This document shows positions 8,950 to 18,907 of a DNA stretch of 64,000 bases, one piece after another. The notes under the pieces were generated by a model. The model searched no databases. It saw nothing but the letters and a program-made list of their open reading frames with translations, and had not been told where the DNA came from. Origin of the DNA: a virus (Duplodnaviria; Heunggongvirae; Uroviricota; Caudoviricetes); IMG/VR virus record IMGVR_UViG_3300032250_000269, positions 25,069 through 89,068 of that record, one strand, 5' to 3'. Position 1 is the first letter of the stretch. The number at the start of each line of letters is the position of its first letter. The translations under genes and the position numbers were made by a program.

Positions 8950-9948
8950 ATGAGTGTTATTTGGGAACGTAATGAAATGAATCAGAATTCTCAAGGTGGT
9001 ACTGAGAGAATGATGGAAGGCGTTCTTTCTCGTCTTAAACCAGAATATCATGAAAAGTTTCAGATTATTCCTTCACGTGTTCGTGAACTATATGATGATC
9101 GTATTCGTATATATTGGCTACATGATTTGCCATGGGACAATGAAACAAATCATCTAGCAGATGAAAATAGTCGTGATCGTTTTCATAAGATTGTTTATTG
9201 CGGTAATTGGCAAATGAATATGTATCAAAATATGCTTAATATTCCTCAAAACCAAAAGAGTTGTGTTATTGATACTGCCATCACTCCATTTGATGAGATA
9301 CAAAAGGGCGATCCAAAAGAAGAAATTCGCCTCATCTATACAAGCACTCCACAACGTGGTCTTAGTATTTTGGTCCCCGTTTTTGAAAAGCTGTGTGAAA
9401 AGTATGATAACATTGTACTTGATGTTTTTTCTAGTTATAGAATATATGGTTGGGAACAAGCAGATTATCAGTTTGAAAGTCTTTTTCAAAGATGCCGTGA
9501 TCATCCTAAGATTAATTATTATGGTTTCGCTCCAAATGATGTTGTACGTAAACATATGGCTAAGGCACATATTTTTGCATATCCTTCAATTTGGCCAGAG
9601 TGTAATAGTCAGTCTTTGATTGAAGCTATGTCTGCTGGTGCGATATGCGTCCATCCTAACTATGCTGGTCTTAGTGACACATCAGGCTCTATAACAATTC
9701 AATATCATTGGGATAATGATTTAAATACCCATGCAAATATTTTTTATTCTGTTCTTGACGGAACGATTCAAAAGATGTATAATGCTGATATGATACCATA
9801 TCTAAATTTCCAGAAAAATTATGCCGATTATCGTTATAATTGGGATAAGATTGGTTTTCAATGGAATTCTCTGTGTGAGAATCTACTAGCTCAGTATGAA
9901 GGTAAGAGCTTTGCTGTTTCCAAGCCAAGCTTTATCTACAGAACATAA
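8950..9948 (+). CDS. glycosyltransferase, GT-B fold (GT4-like)
   Basis: C-terminal QSLIEAMSAGAICV resembles the GT1/GT4 E-x7-E sugar-donor motif. Confidence 0.55.
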   Translation: MSVIWERNEMNQNSQGGTERMMEGVLSRLKPEYHEKFQIIPSRVRELYDDRIRIYWLHDLPWDNETNHLADENSRDRFHKIVYCGNWQMNMYQNMLNIPQNQKSCVIDTAITPFDEIQKGDPKEEIRLIYTSTPQRGLSILVPVFEKLCEKYDNIVLDVFSSYRIYGWEQADYQFESLFQRCRDHPKINYYGFAPNDVVRKHMAKAHIFAYPSIWPECNSQSLIEAMSAGAICVHPNYAGLSDTSGSITIQYHWDNDLNTHANIFYSVLDGTIQKMYNADMIPYLNFQKNYADYRYNWDKIGFQWNSLCENLLAQYEGKSFAVSKPSFIYRT

Positions 9949-9959
9949 AGAGACATTTT

Positions 9960-10901
9960 ATGATACTTGCAAAAGCACCACTTCGTGTTAGTTTTTTTGG
10001 TGGGGGTAGTGATATCCCCACCCATTTTTTAAAGTGGGGCGGTTCTACTATCTCCATGGCTATTGACAAATACGTCTATGTTGTTGTTATGCCAACTCCT
10101 CATAATTATATAAAGGTATCATATTCAAAGCAAGAATGTGTCACAAATGTTGATGATTTGCAGAATGATATTATAAAAAACACATTGAAGTTTTTTGGTA
10201 TTAAATCTAATATAGAAATAAACACATTTGCTGATATCCCAACCGTAGGAACAGGTCTTGCCGGTTCTTCTGCATTTACTTGTGCTTTAGTAAAGGCATT
10301 AAGTGCGTTTGTTGGTAATGAATATCATGATTCATATGATATAGCAAAAATTGCATGTCATATTGAGATTAATATGTGCGGTTGGAATATTGGTATGCAA
10401 GATCAATATGCTGCTGCTTTTGGCGGAATGAACTATATTCAATATTCTGATAAAAACATTCTTGTTCATAAAATGAATGTCAATCAAATTGATGAATATA
10501 TGTTGTTGATTCCAACCAATATTCAAAGACATTCTTCAAAAGTCCTTGACAATGTTAATTTTTCAGATAAAGCTTCTTGTATATGGAGTCTATCTGATAT
10601 AGCTGATGATGAATATAAAAATATTCCTTCTTTATGTCAATATGGAAAATTGTTAGAGAAATCTTGGGACTTGAAAAAGCAGATGGATTCTGGTATATCC
10701 AATCCAGAGATTGATGCCATGTATGATAAGTGCATGAACCACGGTGCTGTTGGTGCCAAATTGCTTGGCGCTGGTGGTGGTGGATATATGCTAGCTCTAA
10801 CAGAAGATCGTGCTAAAATCAAAGAAGCATTTTCTGATCGTGTGTGTCTAAATGTTTCTGTTTCACATGAAGGAACCAAAATTGTATATAGAGAGCCTTG
10901 A
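9960..10901 (+). CDS. hddA: GHMP sugar kinase, D-glycero-D-manno-heptose 7-phosphate kinase-like (HddA family)
   Basis: APLRVSFFGGGSDIP N-terminus and GxGSSAA, GAGGGG GHMP motifs. Confidence 0.72.
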   Translation: MILAKAPLRVSFFGGGSDIPTHFLKWGGSTISMAIDKYVYVVVMPTPHNYIKVSYSKQECVTNVDDLQNDIIKNTLKFFGIKSNIEINTFADIPTVGTGLAGSSAFTCALVKALSAFVGNEYHDSYDIAKIACHIEINMCGWNIGMQDQYAAAFGGMNYIQYSDKNILVHKMNVNQIDEYMLLIPTNIQRHSSKVLDNVNFSDKASCIWSLSDIADDEYKNIPSLCQYGKLLEKSWDLKKQMDSGISNPEIDAMYDKCMNHGAVGAKLLGAGGGGYMLALTEDRAKIKEAFSDRVCLNVSVSHEGTKIVYREP

Positions 10902-11448
10902 ACTAATTCGTAACACGCATACTGCAACAGTTCAGTATGGTTTTGAATCTATTAACCAAAAGCAATTTCAAGAAGCGGCAGATTGCATTGTCAATGCCAT
11001 TTATAATGGAAAGACAATCTTTACGGTTGGTAATGGCGCTTCTGCCGCAATCGCACAGCATTGGGCATGTGACTATACCAAAGGGTGCCGTCCTTATGGA
11101 AATCCTCGTGTTATCTCATTATCAACCAACATTCCGTTGATGACTGCGATTTCCAATGATATTTCATACGATGAAGTATATGCTTATCAGGTAAATGCTC
11201 TTGGTGATTGGGAAGATGTACTCATCACAATTTCTTCTAGCGGAAACTCACCAAACGTGGTAAGAGCCATTGAAGCAGCAAAGAAAAGAAACATGAAGAC
11301 CATCGCATTGACAGGTTTTCAGGGCGGCAAGTCAAGAGAACTTGCTGACTACCCCATTCATGTTGATGTTCAAGAGTATGAGGCTGCTGAAGATGTTCAT
11401 CAGGCGATTATGCATATGATTGCCAAATATATTAGGGTTGTTCTCTAA
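10852..11448 (+). CDS. gmhA: phosphoheptose (sedoheptulose-7-P) isomerase, SIS domain
   Basis: TVGNGASAAIAQHWACDY and ISSSGNS SIS motifs; start uncertain (10852 or 10867, overlaps hddA end). Confidence 0.8.
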   Translation: MFLFHMKEPKLYIESLELIRNTHTATVQYGFESINQKQFQEAADCIVNAIYNGKTIFTVGNGASAAIAQHWACDYTKGCRPYGNPRVISLSTNIPLMTAISNDISYDEVYAYQVNALGDWEDVLITISSSGNSPNVVRAIEAAKKRNMKTIALTGFQGGKSRELADYPIHVDVQEYEAAEDVHQAIMHMIAKYIRVVL

Positions 11449-11449
11449 A

Positions 11450-12562
11450 ATGATTAAGACTGCGAAGAAAAAAGCTACTCCTCGTACCACAAAGTTTGCT
11501 GATCAACGTTGGATGGGTTCTGAACCTGAAGAGAACGTTTCTATCACTGATGGCTCTGATATGCGCTATCATAATGCTTTGTATTGGTATGGTTATTACT
11601 ACGACACTGATCAAGCAAAAGATTGGCTTCTTGAATATATGAAGAAGAATAGCTATGATGCAAGTATCATAGCTAGTGTCAAAACTGCCCCTGCATCCCG
11701 TACACCTACTACAATTGGCTGGATGGCCAAGTTGATGATGCGTGGTTGGATTCTTCCTGAAAAGTCCATGCAATTTTTCAATAGTCGCATTCAAGAAAAT
11801 GCTTCGTTTGGTAAGCGTGAAAAGAAGGAAGACGATTCTCCAAAGGTTGTTGTCAACATCCAAGAAAAGATTGCTGTTAAGGCTCGTGAGCTTCGTGCAA
11901 AGCTTGACGAACATATTGATGCATTCGTTTTTGATGGTTTGGATAACAATTTTTCACTTTACAGTTTTCTACAGACAGAAAGTCCAACTCCTGTTGGAAT
12001 CAATCTGATTGTGTCTTACGTCAATTCTTTGTACCAAGATTTGGTAAATAAGGAAGGATATGAAGACATTCCTGCTGCCAAGTACAAGTCATGGCTTAAG
12101 TTTCATAAGGCTCTTGTAGACGATGCAGAGCGTTTTCATTCGAACATGAAGATCACTCGACAGGTTCGTAAGCCACGTGCTATCAAGATCAAGCCAGCCG
12201 CTAAGCTGGTTGAAAAGATGAAGTACAAGAAGGAAGATACTGAGCAAAAGCTAGTTAGTATCAATCCTGTTGACATTATTAAGGCTCAAACTTTGTGGGT
12301 GTATAATACTAAATATAGACAGCTATCAGTGTATCATGCCATTGATGAAGGCGGTCTATCAGTTAAGGGTACTACCATCACACAGTTTGATGAGAAAAAG
12401 TCTGTGACAAAGCGTTTACGCAAGCCACAAGAAGTACTACCCGAATTGCTTGCTGCTGGTAAAATTGCTCTTAGAACGTTTATGGAACGTATTAAGACGA
12501 ATTCAACGGTACCAACTGGTCGCATTAACGAAGAAGTAGTACTATTGAGGATAATGAAATGA
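11450..12562 (+). CDS. hypothetical protein
   Basis: 370 aa ORF starting right after gmhA stop; no motif recognised. Confidence 0.5.
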   Translation: MIKTAKKKATPRTTKFADQRWMGSEPEENVSITDGSDMRYHNALYWYGYYYDTDQAKDWLLEYMKKNSYDASIIASVKTAPASRTPTTIGWMAKLMMRGWILPEKSMQFFNSRIQENASFGKREKKEDDSPKVVVNIQEKIAVKARELRAKLDEHIDAFVFDGLDNNFSLYSFLQTESPTPVGINLIVSYVNSLYQDLVNKEGYEDIPAAKYKSWLKFHKALVDDAERFHSNMKITRQVRKPRAIKIKPAAKLVEKMKYKKEDTEQKLVSINPVDIIKAQTLWVYNTKYRQLSVYHAIDEGGLSVKGTTITQFDEKKSVTKRLRKPQEVLPELLAAGKIALRTFMERIKTNSTVPTGRINEEVVLLRIMK

Positions 12563-12921
12563 CAGATAACGTAGTAATGTTTCCAAAGGCTAAGAAAGAT
12601 ACTCCCCTTCACACAAGAGAGGAAGTTGAAGCAAAAGTTTCTGCTGCTAGAAAGGAACATGTAGAATATATTATTGATGAGACGTTATCGTTTGTTTTTA
12701 GCCGTTGCTATGAAGAAGGCTTCAATATGAACAATGATAATTGTTTTAAAACTACTGGAATGCTAGTAGAATCAATGAGAGCCGCATTATATAATACTGT
12801 TGGATTGCATCATCCTCTTCATAGCATTGCGGAAGAACTTTTTTCTAGTGATGAAGAAGCACTTGAACAAACTGAAAATATTATATCGAAAAGTCTTGAC
12901 GAGGAAGACTTAGAAGACTAA
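12559..12921 (+). CDS. hypothetical acidic protein
   Basis: 120 aa, ATGA overlap. Confidence 0.5.
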   Translation: MTDNVVMFPKAKKDTPLHTREEVEAKVSAARKEHVEYIIDETLSFVFSRCYEEGFNMNNDNCFKTTGMLVESMRAALYNTVGLHHPLHSIAEELFSSDEEALEQTENIISKSLDEEDLED

Positions 12922-12950
12922 ATACATGATGAACTATAAGGTATGATAAA

Positions 12951-13808
12951 GTGTTATTGATCGATTTATCTCAAACAATGATTTCTACGTTCATGGCAAC
13001 GATTGGAAATCATACTAACATTCCTGTAGAAGAAGACCTTCTACGACATATGGTGTTGAATGCTATTCGCAGTTACAATGTCAAGTTCCGTAAAGAATAC
13101 GGTCAAATGATTATTGCATGTGATGATCGCCGTTCTTGGCGTAAGGAGCTATTTCCTTATTACAAGGCAAATCGCCATAAGGATCGTGAAGAATCAGAAA
13201 TCGACTGGAACACCGTATTTGAAATCCTCAACAAAGTTCGTGACGAACTCAAAGAATATTTCCCCTACAAAGTAATCCACATCGACAGAGCAGAAGCTGA
13301 TGATATCATTGGTACGCTGGTTCATGAGAACGGCGACACCCTTGAAAAGATCATGATCGTTTCTGGTGATAAAGACTTTCGTCAACTGCAAACGTATACT
13401 AACGTAAAGCAGTACGATCCAACTCGCAAAAAATATCTAGAAGAACGTGATCCTGATCGATATCTACGTGAACATATCTTGCGTGGCGACAGAGGCGATG
13501 GTGTGCCTAACTTCCTTTCACAAGATGATTGTTTTGTGGTTGGAGCTAGACAAAAGCAGCTAAGGGACGCAAAGATTGATCTATGGGTTAATCAGAAGCC
13601 TGAAGAATTTTGTGATGAAGTAATGCTGAAGCGTTACAATCGAAATAAGCAAATGGTTGATTTGTCTTTGATTCCAGATGATATAAAGGAATCAATCAAG
13701 CAATCGTATACCACTCAACAAGAAATGAAAAAGAACAGAAATGTTCTATTCAACTATTTTATACAACACAAACTCAAGAATCTCATTGAAAATATTGATG
13801 AATTTTAA
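12951..13808 (+). CDS. rnh: RNase H / flap endonuclease (T4 Rnh-like 5'-3' exonuclease)
   Basis: LIDLSQ...IIACDDRRSWRKELFPYYKANR...ADDIIGTL matches T4 RNase H; apparent GTG start. Confidence 0.8.
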   Translation: MLLIDLSQTMISTFMATIGNHTNIPVEEDLLRHMVLNAIRSYNVKFRKEYGQMIIACDDRRSWRKELFPYYKANRHKDREESEIDWNTVFEILNKVRDELKEYFPYKVIHIDRAEADDIIGTLVHENGDTLEKIMIVSGDKDFRQLQTYTNVKQYDPTRKKYLEERDPDRYLREHILRGDRGDGVPNFLSQDDCFVVGARQKQLRDAKIDLWVNQKPEEFCDEVMLKRYNRNKQMVDLSLIPDDIKESIKQSYTTQQEMKKNRNVLFNYFIQHKLKNLIENIDEF

Positions 13809-13820
13809 TAGGAAAAAATA

Positions 13821-14234
13821 ATGGCACGTAAATCAATTGCATGGATTTTAAGCTTTACATCAAAGCTTCCAACTGAAGAAGAACAAATTAAATGTTTACA
13901 AGCAAACGATAATTTTGCTATCAGAACAATTTTGGCAGGAGCGTTTGATCCTAGAATTAAGTGGCTTCTTCCTGAAGGTGATGCACCATATACTCCATGT
14001 GAGTATCCAAATATGGAAAATTCACTATACATTGAAGCAAGACGTTTGTATCTTTTTGTCGAAGGTGGTAATAATGGCTTGACACCTCTAAAAAGAGAAT
14101 CTATGTTTATTGAACTCTTGCAAACGGTTTGCCCTGATGATGCAAAACTTCTTATTGCCGTAAAGGATAAGAAGCTGCCATTTGAAGGTCTATCAGCAAA
14201 GACTGTACTAAAAGCATTTCCTAACCTTTTTTAA
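13821..14234 (+). CDS. hypothetical protein
   Basis: 137 aa ORF. Confidence 0.5.
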   Translation: MARKSIAWILSFTSKLPTEEEQIKCLQANDNFAIRTILAGAFDPRIKWLLPEGDAPYTPCEYPNMENSLYIEARRLYLFVEGGNNGLTPLKRESMFIELLQTVCPDDAKLLIAVKDKKLPFEGLSAKTVLKAFPNLF

Positions 14235-14257
14235 ACACTACCCGGAGCCTTTAATAA

Positions 14258-14428
14258 ATGAGTAAGAAGTTTTCACGCAACACAAGTTTTGATGATTTCC
14301 ATGAAGATGATCATTATGAAAATGGATATCACGATAGTTTGAAAGAACGTAGGAAGCTTAAGAGAATGAAAAATGCATTGAAGTCACGCAATGTAGATTA
14401 TCTCTTAGACCTTGATGAAGAATTTTAA
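14258..14428 (+). CDS. hypothetical small protein
   Basis: 56 aa, not in the >=60 aa track. Confidence 0.4.
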   Translation: MSKKFSRNTSFDDFHEDDHYENGYHDSLKERRKLKRMKNALKSRNVDYLLDLDEEF

Positions 14429-14430
14429 GA

Positions 14431-14739
14431 ATGCCATTATACTCTGTATATAATATAGAAACTGGCGAGCCAGAAGAAGATTTCTGGGGATCATGGGATT
14501 CTCTTCAAACATATCTTGAAGAGAATCCTCATCTAAAACAAACACTAACTGCGCCAGCGTTCATTTCTGGCGTATCAGGTGTCACTCATAAAAATGATGG
14601 TGGTTTCAACGACATGCTCTCACGCATTGCCGATGCTAACCCGCACTCCCCGCTTGCACAAACACATGGCAATAAGGGCATTAGAGAATCCAAAACTAGA
14701 GCGGCTGTAAACAAAGCAAGAGAAAAACAGCCTTTTTAG
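14431..14739 (+). CDS. hypothetical protein
   Basis: 102 aa ORF. Confidence 0.5.
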   Translation: MPLYSVYNIETGEPEEDFWGSWDSLQTYLEENPHLKQTLTAPAFISGVSGVTHKNDGGFNDMLSRIADANPHSPLAQTHGNKGIRESKTRAAVNKAREKQPF

Positions 14740-14788
14740 ACGTATACATTATGCTTCAGTGATAACAACAACAACACTAGGAGCTACC

Positions 14789-15547
14789 ATGGTAGACAGA
14801 AGTACTCAGCGTTTAACTAAAAGACAACAAAGACTAGCTGAAAAGGGAGCATCAGTTAAACTTGTTCCAAGTATTAAGCAACAACACTTTGAACTAAAAG
14901 ATATTTTTCCTATAACTGACAATCAAGTGAAAACATTTGATGCCTACAATATGGGAAAGAATCTCTTCTTGCATGGTTGTGCTGGTACTGGTAAAACATT
15001 TATATCTATGTTTCTTGCACTTAATGAAATTATGAACGGAAAATCTCCACGAAAAAAACTTGTGATTATTCGTAATACTCAATCATCAAAAGATCAAGGA
15101 TTTTTACCCGGAAACGTTAAAGAAAAAGGCGAAGTTTTTGAAGCAGCTTATAGAGCAATATGCTGTGAATTGTTCCACCGTGATGATGCTTATGAAATCC
15201 TTAAACAAAAGGGTATTATTGAATTTCATACCACATCATATCTTCGTGGTACTACCATTGAAAATGCAATAATTCTGGTTGACGAAGTTCAAAACCAACG
15301 TTATGTTGAGCTAAGAACAGTCTTGACAAGAACCGGCGATCATAGTAGAATCATTCTTTGTGGCGATACGAAGCAGGATGATCTATCTTCGACTCGTTAC
15401 AATGAAGTATCTGGACTTAAGGATATGATGAGAGTGTTTGAACGTATGGGTCTTATGTCTACCGTTCAATTCACTATTGATGATATTGTGCGTTCTGGAT
15501 TTGTTAAGTCATTCATCATTGCTGAGAATGAACTAGGACTATATTAA
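14789..15547 (+). CDS. phoH: PhoH-like ATPase
   Basis: LHGCAGTGKTF Walker A and DEVQN motif; start placed at ATG after AGGAG. Confidence 0.85.
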   Translation: MVDRSTQRLTKRQQRLAEKGASVKLVPSIKQQHFELKDIFPITDNQVKTFDAYNMGKNLFLHGCAGTGKTFISMFLALNEIMNGKSPRKKLVIIRNTQSSKDQGFLPGNVKEKGEVFEAAYRAICCELFHRDDAYEILKQKGIIEFHTTSYLRGTTIENAIILVDEVQNQRYVELRTVLTRTGDHSRIILCGDTKQDDLSSTRYNEVSGLKDMMRVFERMGLMSTVQFTIDDIVRSGFVKSFIIAENELGLY

Positions 15548-15562
15548 TATAGGATTTTTGTT

Positions 15563-15940
15563 ATGATCGAAATTGAAGCTACTGAAATTTCTGTTGATGA
15601 TAGTGGGGAGGAAGACTTTGATCTTCCTTCCTACGGTGAATATGGCAAGATCATTGTTGAGGTGCTAGGTAAGATTGATTCTCCTTTCCATCCATATTGG
15701 CAGTGGGAAATTGATCGTTATACATATGAAGGCTCTGCTTTCTGGATCAATGAAGGCATGGGTATGGATTACTTCATCAACGATTATATTCGTGAAGATA
15801 TTCCCGGTGCTGGTATTTGGACAATCGATGATATCAAGGGTACCTATTTCAAGGGTGAATGGGGCTTTACTGATGATGATGAAGAATGGGAATGGAGTGA
15901 CATTCGTCCTGCAACCCAAGATGAAATTAATGAAATTTAA
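15563..15940 (+). CDS. hypothetical acidic protein (Trp/Glu/Asp-rich)
   Basis: 125 aa ORF. Confidence 0.5.
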   Translation: MIEIEATEISVDDSGEEDFDLPSYGEYGKIIVEVLGKIDSPFHPYWQWEIDRYTYEGSAFWINEGMGMDYFINDYIREDIPGAGIWTIDDIKGTYFKGEWGFTDDDEEWEWSDIRPATQDEINEI

Positions 15941-15954
15941 AACAGGAGTAAATT

Positions 15955-16152
15955 ATGAAAAAACTTAATGGATGCGTACCTTTCAATAAAGAAATTGATT
16001 TTGTTGGTAAGTTTGTATTGACTTATTATGACAGAGAAAATCATAGTAATAGCAAATTAGATTCTATTATTGAAGAAGGACATTTAATTTTTGATAAAAT
16101 TTATGAAAATTGTTGTGCTAAGTATGAAGAATTAATTGAAGATTATGAATAA
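15955..16152 (+). CDS. hypothetical small protein
   Basis: 65 aa. Confidence 0.4.
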   Translation: MKKLNGCVPFNKEIDFVGKFVLTYYDRENHSNSKLDSIIEEGHLIFDKIYENCCAKYEELIEDYE

Positions 16153-16178
16153 TTTTCATATGTTATAAGGAATGAAAA

Positions 16179-16361
16179 ATGGATAGAATTGAATTTATAC
16201 AGCGTTTTATTATTCAACACGCAACTGATGAAAAATTTGATGAACTAAATGGACAAAACACATTGATATGTCGTGCAATGGATTGGTGGGATTTGATCGA
16301 AGATAGAATTGAAAAGCCAGTAGTAGACCCAACAAATCTGTGGGACTATAACGACAAGTAA
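16179..16361 (+). CDS. hypothetical small protein
   Basis: 60 aa. Confidence 0.4.
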   Translation: MDRIEFIQRFIIQHATDEKFDELNGQNTLICRAMDWWDLIEDRIEKPVVDPTNLWDYNDK

Positions 16362-17029
16362 TGTTTGATCTTGATCTAATAGAACTTCCAAAACTATTAC
16401 AGATTAATGGGCCGAAGAGATACTATCAAATCCCTAGCGGTAAGAAGTATCCATCTGTAACCACGATTCTTAGCGCCATGTCAGATAAGTCTGGCCTAGA
16501 CAATTGGCGTAAAAGAGTTGGTGAGGAAGAAGCCAATCGAAAACTTGTTCAGGCTTCTGCACGTGGTACAGCGGTCCATGCAATCTGTGAAAAGTATGTG
16601 TTGAATCAACCTGTCGATATGACGGGTGAAATGCCTCTAACAACTCGTTGTTATAATCAGCTAAAAAACTTTGTAAAAAATAACGTCAACAACATTCGAA
16701 GTTCTGAAGGCCAGTTATATTCAGACACTCTAAAGACTGCTGGTTCTGTCGATTTGGTGGCAGATTATCGTAACATGCCAGCTATCATCGACTTCAAAAC
16801 ATCCGAAAAAGAAAAGAAAGAAGAATGGATTGAGAATTATTTTCTTCAAACATCCATGTACTCTTATATGCTTTGGGAAAGAACAGGATTGTTGTATCCC
16901 AATATCGTCATCGCAATTGGTGTAGACGAACGTACAGAAGCACAAATCTTTGTCCGTAAGGCTAAGGACTATCTACCAAAGGCAAAGAAAATGTGCATCG
17001 AATATCATGAAAGGTTTGAAAATGACTGA
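16361..17029 (+). CDS. PD-(D/E)XK nuclease (RecB/Cas4-like fold)
   Basis: DLVADY...IIDFKTSEK motif pattern. Confidence 0.6.
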   Translation: MFDLDLIELPKLLQINGPKRYYQIPSGKKYPSVTTILSAMSDKSGLDNWRKRVGEEEANRKLVQASARGTAVHAICEKYVLNQPVDMTGEMPLTTRCYNQLKNFVKNNVNNIRSSEGQLYSDTLKTAGSVDLVADYRNMPAIIDFKTSEKEKKEEWIENYFLQTSMYSYMLWERTGLLYPNIVIAIGVDERTEAQIFVRKAKDYLPKAKKMCIEYHERFEND

Positions 17030-17432
17030 TATTAATCTAAACAAATATGCAGATTTTACATTCGAACTAGCATCATTAGCTAGCAAGGATTTGGAAACAT
17101 TGATTGAACGTCTTCGTGATCTTGATGAACACGAGACTGTTAATGTTGCCCTATTAATCACAGGTGCTTTTGGACTTGGCAGTGAAGGTGGTGAGTTTCA
17201 GGAAATTGTGAAGAAGATTCTTTTTCAGGGTAAGCCACTGAATGATGAAAACATCTTTCATATGAAGCGTGAGCTTGGTGACATTGCTTGGTATTGGGTA
17301 AATGCTTGTAATGCTTTGGCAATTGATCCAAACGAAGTTCTTGCTGAGAATATCGAGAAACTAAAAGCACGTTATCCCGGTGGAGATTTTGATGCTTACT
17401 ATAGTGAAAACCGTAAGGAAGGCGATTTATGA
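17022..17432 (+). CDS. mazG: MazG-like nucleoside triphosphate pyrophosphohydrolase
   Basis: EGGEFQE and ELGDIAWY MazG motifs; ATG at 17022 overlaps upstream stop. Confidence 0.8.
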   Translation: MTDINLNKYADFTFELASLASKDLETLIERLRDLDEHETVNVALLITGAFGLGSEGGEFQEIVKKILFQGKPLNDENIFHMKRELGDIAWYWVNACNALAIDPNEVLAENIEKLKARYPGGDFDAYYSENRKEGDL

Positions 17433-17956
17433 TCAATAAGAAGCCCGTTCAAATCGAACGTGGCATGAGGGGCAATCATAAGAATTATGATGAAGAGGAA
17501 AAAAACATCTATGATCCTCTAGCCAAAGAGGCGATGATTGCGACCCTAAACAGAGCATTTACTCGCCTGCATCATATTGAAAACCCAAATCCACATGGGA
17601 TTGACGTTCTTTCAATTAATGAAGACGGTAAGGTTTCTGCTTGTTGGGAACTAGAAGTTCGTCATGGCAACTGGCAGGGCGATAAGCCATTCCCTTTCAA
17701 GAAGGTGAATTGCATCGAACGCAAGGATCATCAATGGCGCAGAGACCAACAATTCTTAGATAATATTCCATATGAGATGGCAGACAAGTACAAGGTTTTC
17801 TATGTTCAAATGAACAAGGAATGTACTAGAGCGGCTATTATCAATGGTAACACTGTTCTCAAGTATCCATTGAAATCATGGGACAATCGTAAGCAATTTG
17901 GTGAATTTGTCAGACAGGTTCCGATTGAAGAAGCAATTCAGATAAAATTGGGTTGA
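17429..17956 (+). CDS. hypothetical protein (possible restriction-endonuclease-like fold)
   Basis: 175 aa; GIDVL...ELEVRHG pattern is only suggestive. Confidence 0.5.
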   Translation: MINKKPVQIERGMRGNHKNYDEEEKNIYDPLAKEAMIATLNRAFTRLHHIENPNPHGIDVLSINEDGKVSACWELEVRHGNWQGDKPFPFKKVNCIERKDHQWRRDQQFLDNIPYEMADKYKVFYVQMNKECTRAAIINGNTVLKYPLKSWDNRKQFGEFVRQVPIEEAIQIKLG

Positions 17957-18004
17957 CATTAAAACCGAATCATTTTATATCTCTTTCATCAAGACGAAAG
18001 GGAA
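17953..18004 (+). promoter_or_regulatory. consensus early promoter plus conserved leader
   Basis: TTGACA-N17-TATATC with CGAATC spacer box, then TTCATCAAGACGAAAGGGAA. Confidence 0.6.
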
Positions 18005-18009
18005 ATGAA

Positions 18010-18165
18010 ATGACCGTAAACGATCTTATCAACGCTCTTCAGGCAAACATCGATAACTACAAGGCAATCATTAATGATCCTAACAGCGATGTTGATCATG
18101 TTGAACGTCTCAAGCGTGTAGTCGTTCGTTATGAAGCAGACATTCTTGAACTGAAAGGTGAGTAA
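18010..18165 (+). CDS. hypothetical small protein
   Basis: 51 aa; ATG sits at the conserved leader motif (GACGAAAGGGAA-ATG). Confidence 0.45.
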   Translation: MTVNDLINALQANIDNYKAIINDPNSDVDHVERLKRVVVRYEADILELKGE

Positions 18166-18166
18166 G

Positions 18167-18358
18167 ATGGAATATCAAACTTTCAATGCTCCTGTCGAAC
18201 CTAAGTGGCCTGATTATGGTTGCAACATCTATAAGGATGGTGTCTTTATTGAAGGTCGCATCTATCCTAACTATAGCGGTAATGCTATGATGGATGAGGT
18301 CAAAGACCTTAAGAGTTTTACCTTCCCTCCCTCTGAGGGTTATGAAGTAAGGTGGTGA
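18167..18358 (+). CDS. hypothetical small protein
   Basis: 63 aa, RBS AAAGGTGAG. Confidence 0.45.
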   Translation: MEYQTFNAPVEPKWPDYGCNIYKDGVFIEGRIYPNYSGNAMMDEVKDLKSFTFPPSEGYEVRW

Positions 18359-18360
18359 AT

Positions 18361-18801
18361 ATGAAAAAAGGCGAACTTCTTGGAAATGTTCTTGTTCTAG
18401 CAACCAATGCACATGCAGGACAGTTTGATCGTGGTGGCAAGCCATATATCCTTCATCCTCTTAAGGTTATGCATTATCTCAAGAGTGATGATGAGGAACT
18501 TCAGTGTATGGCACTACTTCATGATGTGGTAGAAGATACTAAGACTACTTGGCATGATCTAGTTGCTATTGGATGCACAGAACGTGTTATCAATGGTGTA
18601 AAGGCTCTTACCAAGATGCCCGGTGAAAGCTATGATCAATACAAGGATCGTGTTTTTGCGAATGAAGATGCGATGAAGGTAAAGATGGCTGATCTTCGCC
18701 ACAACACAGACATTCGCAGACTCAAGGGAGTTACGGAAAAAGATATGATCCGTATGGAAAAATACAACCGCTTCTATATCGAACTTCAAGCCAAAGTCTA
18801 A
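18361..18801 (+). CDS. HD-domain phosphohydrolase (RelA/SpoT-type (p)ppGpp hydrolase-like)
   Basis: HPLKVMHYL...ALLHDVVEDT HD motif. Confidence 0.7.
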   Translation: MKKGELLGNVLVLATNAHAGQFDRGGKPYILHPLKVMHYLKSDDEELQCMALLHDVVEDTKTTWHDLVAIGCTERVINGVKALTKMPGESYDQYKDRVFANEDAMKVKMADLRHNTDIRRLKGVTEKDMIRMEKYNRFYIELQAKV

Positions 18802-18805
18802 AGAA

Positions 18806-18838
18806 AATCCCTCAGAGAAATCTGGGGGATTTTTTTTA
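18806..18838 (+). terminator. rho-independent terminator
   Basis: CCCTCAGAGAAATCTGGGGG hairpin plus T8. Confidence 0.7.
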
Positions 18839-18848
18839 TCTTTTTTTG

Positions 18849-18905
18849 TTGACACGAATCACGAATCATTATATATTCTCTTCATCAAGACGAGAAAGGG
18901 ACTTC
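18849..18905 (+). promoter_or_regulatory. consensus early promoter plus conserved leader
   Basis: TTGACA CGAATCACGAATCATTA TATATT ... TTCATCAAGACGAGAAAGGGAC. Confidence 0.65.
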
Positions 18906-18907
18906 AA

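Noticed and set aside
9154-9619. ORFs 9154-9570 (minus) and 9263-9619 (plus, alternate frame) inside the GT4 gene
   Set aside because: They overlap the well-supported 8950-9948 reading frame completely, are low-complexity and AT-rich, and lack start signals.
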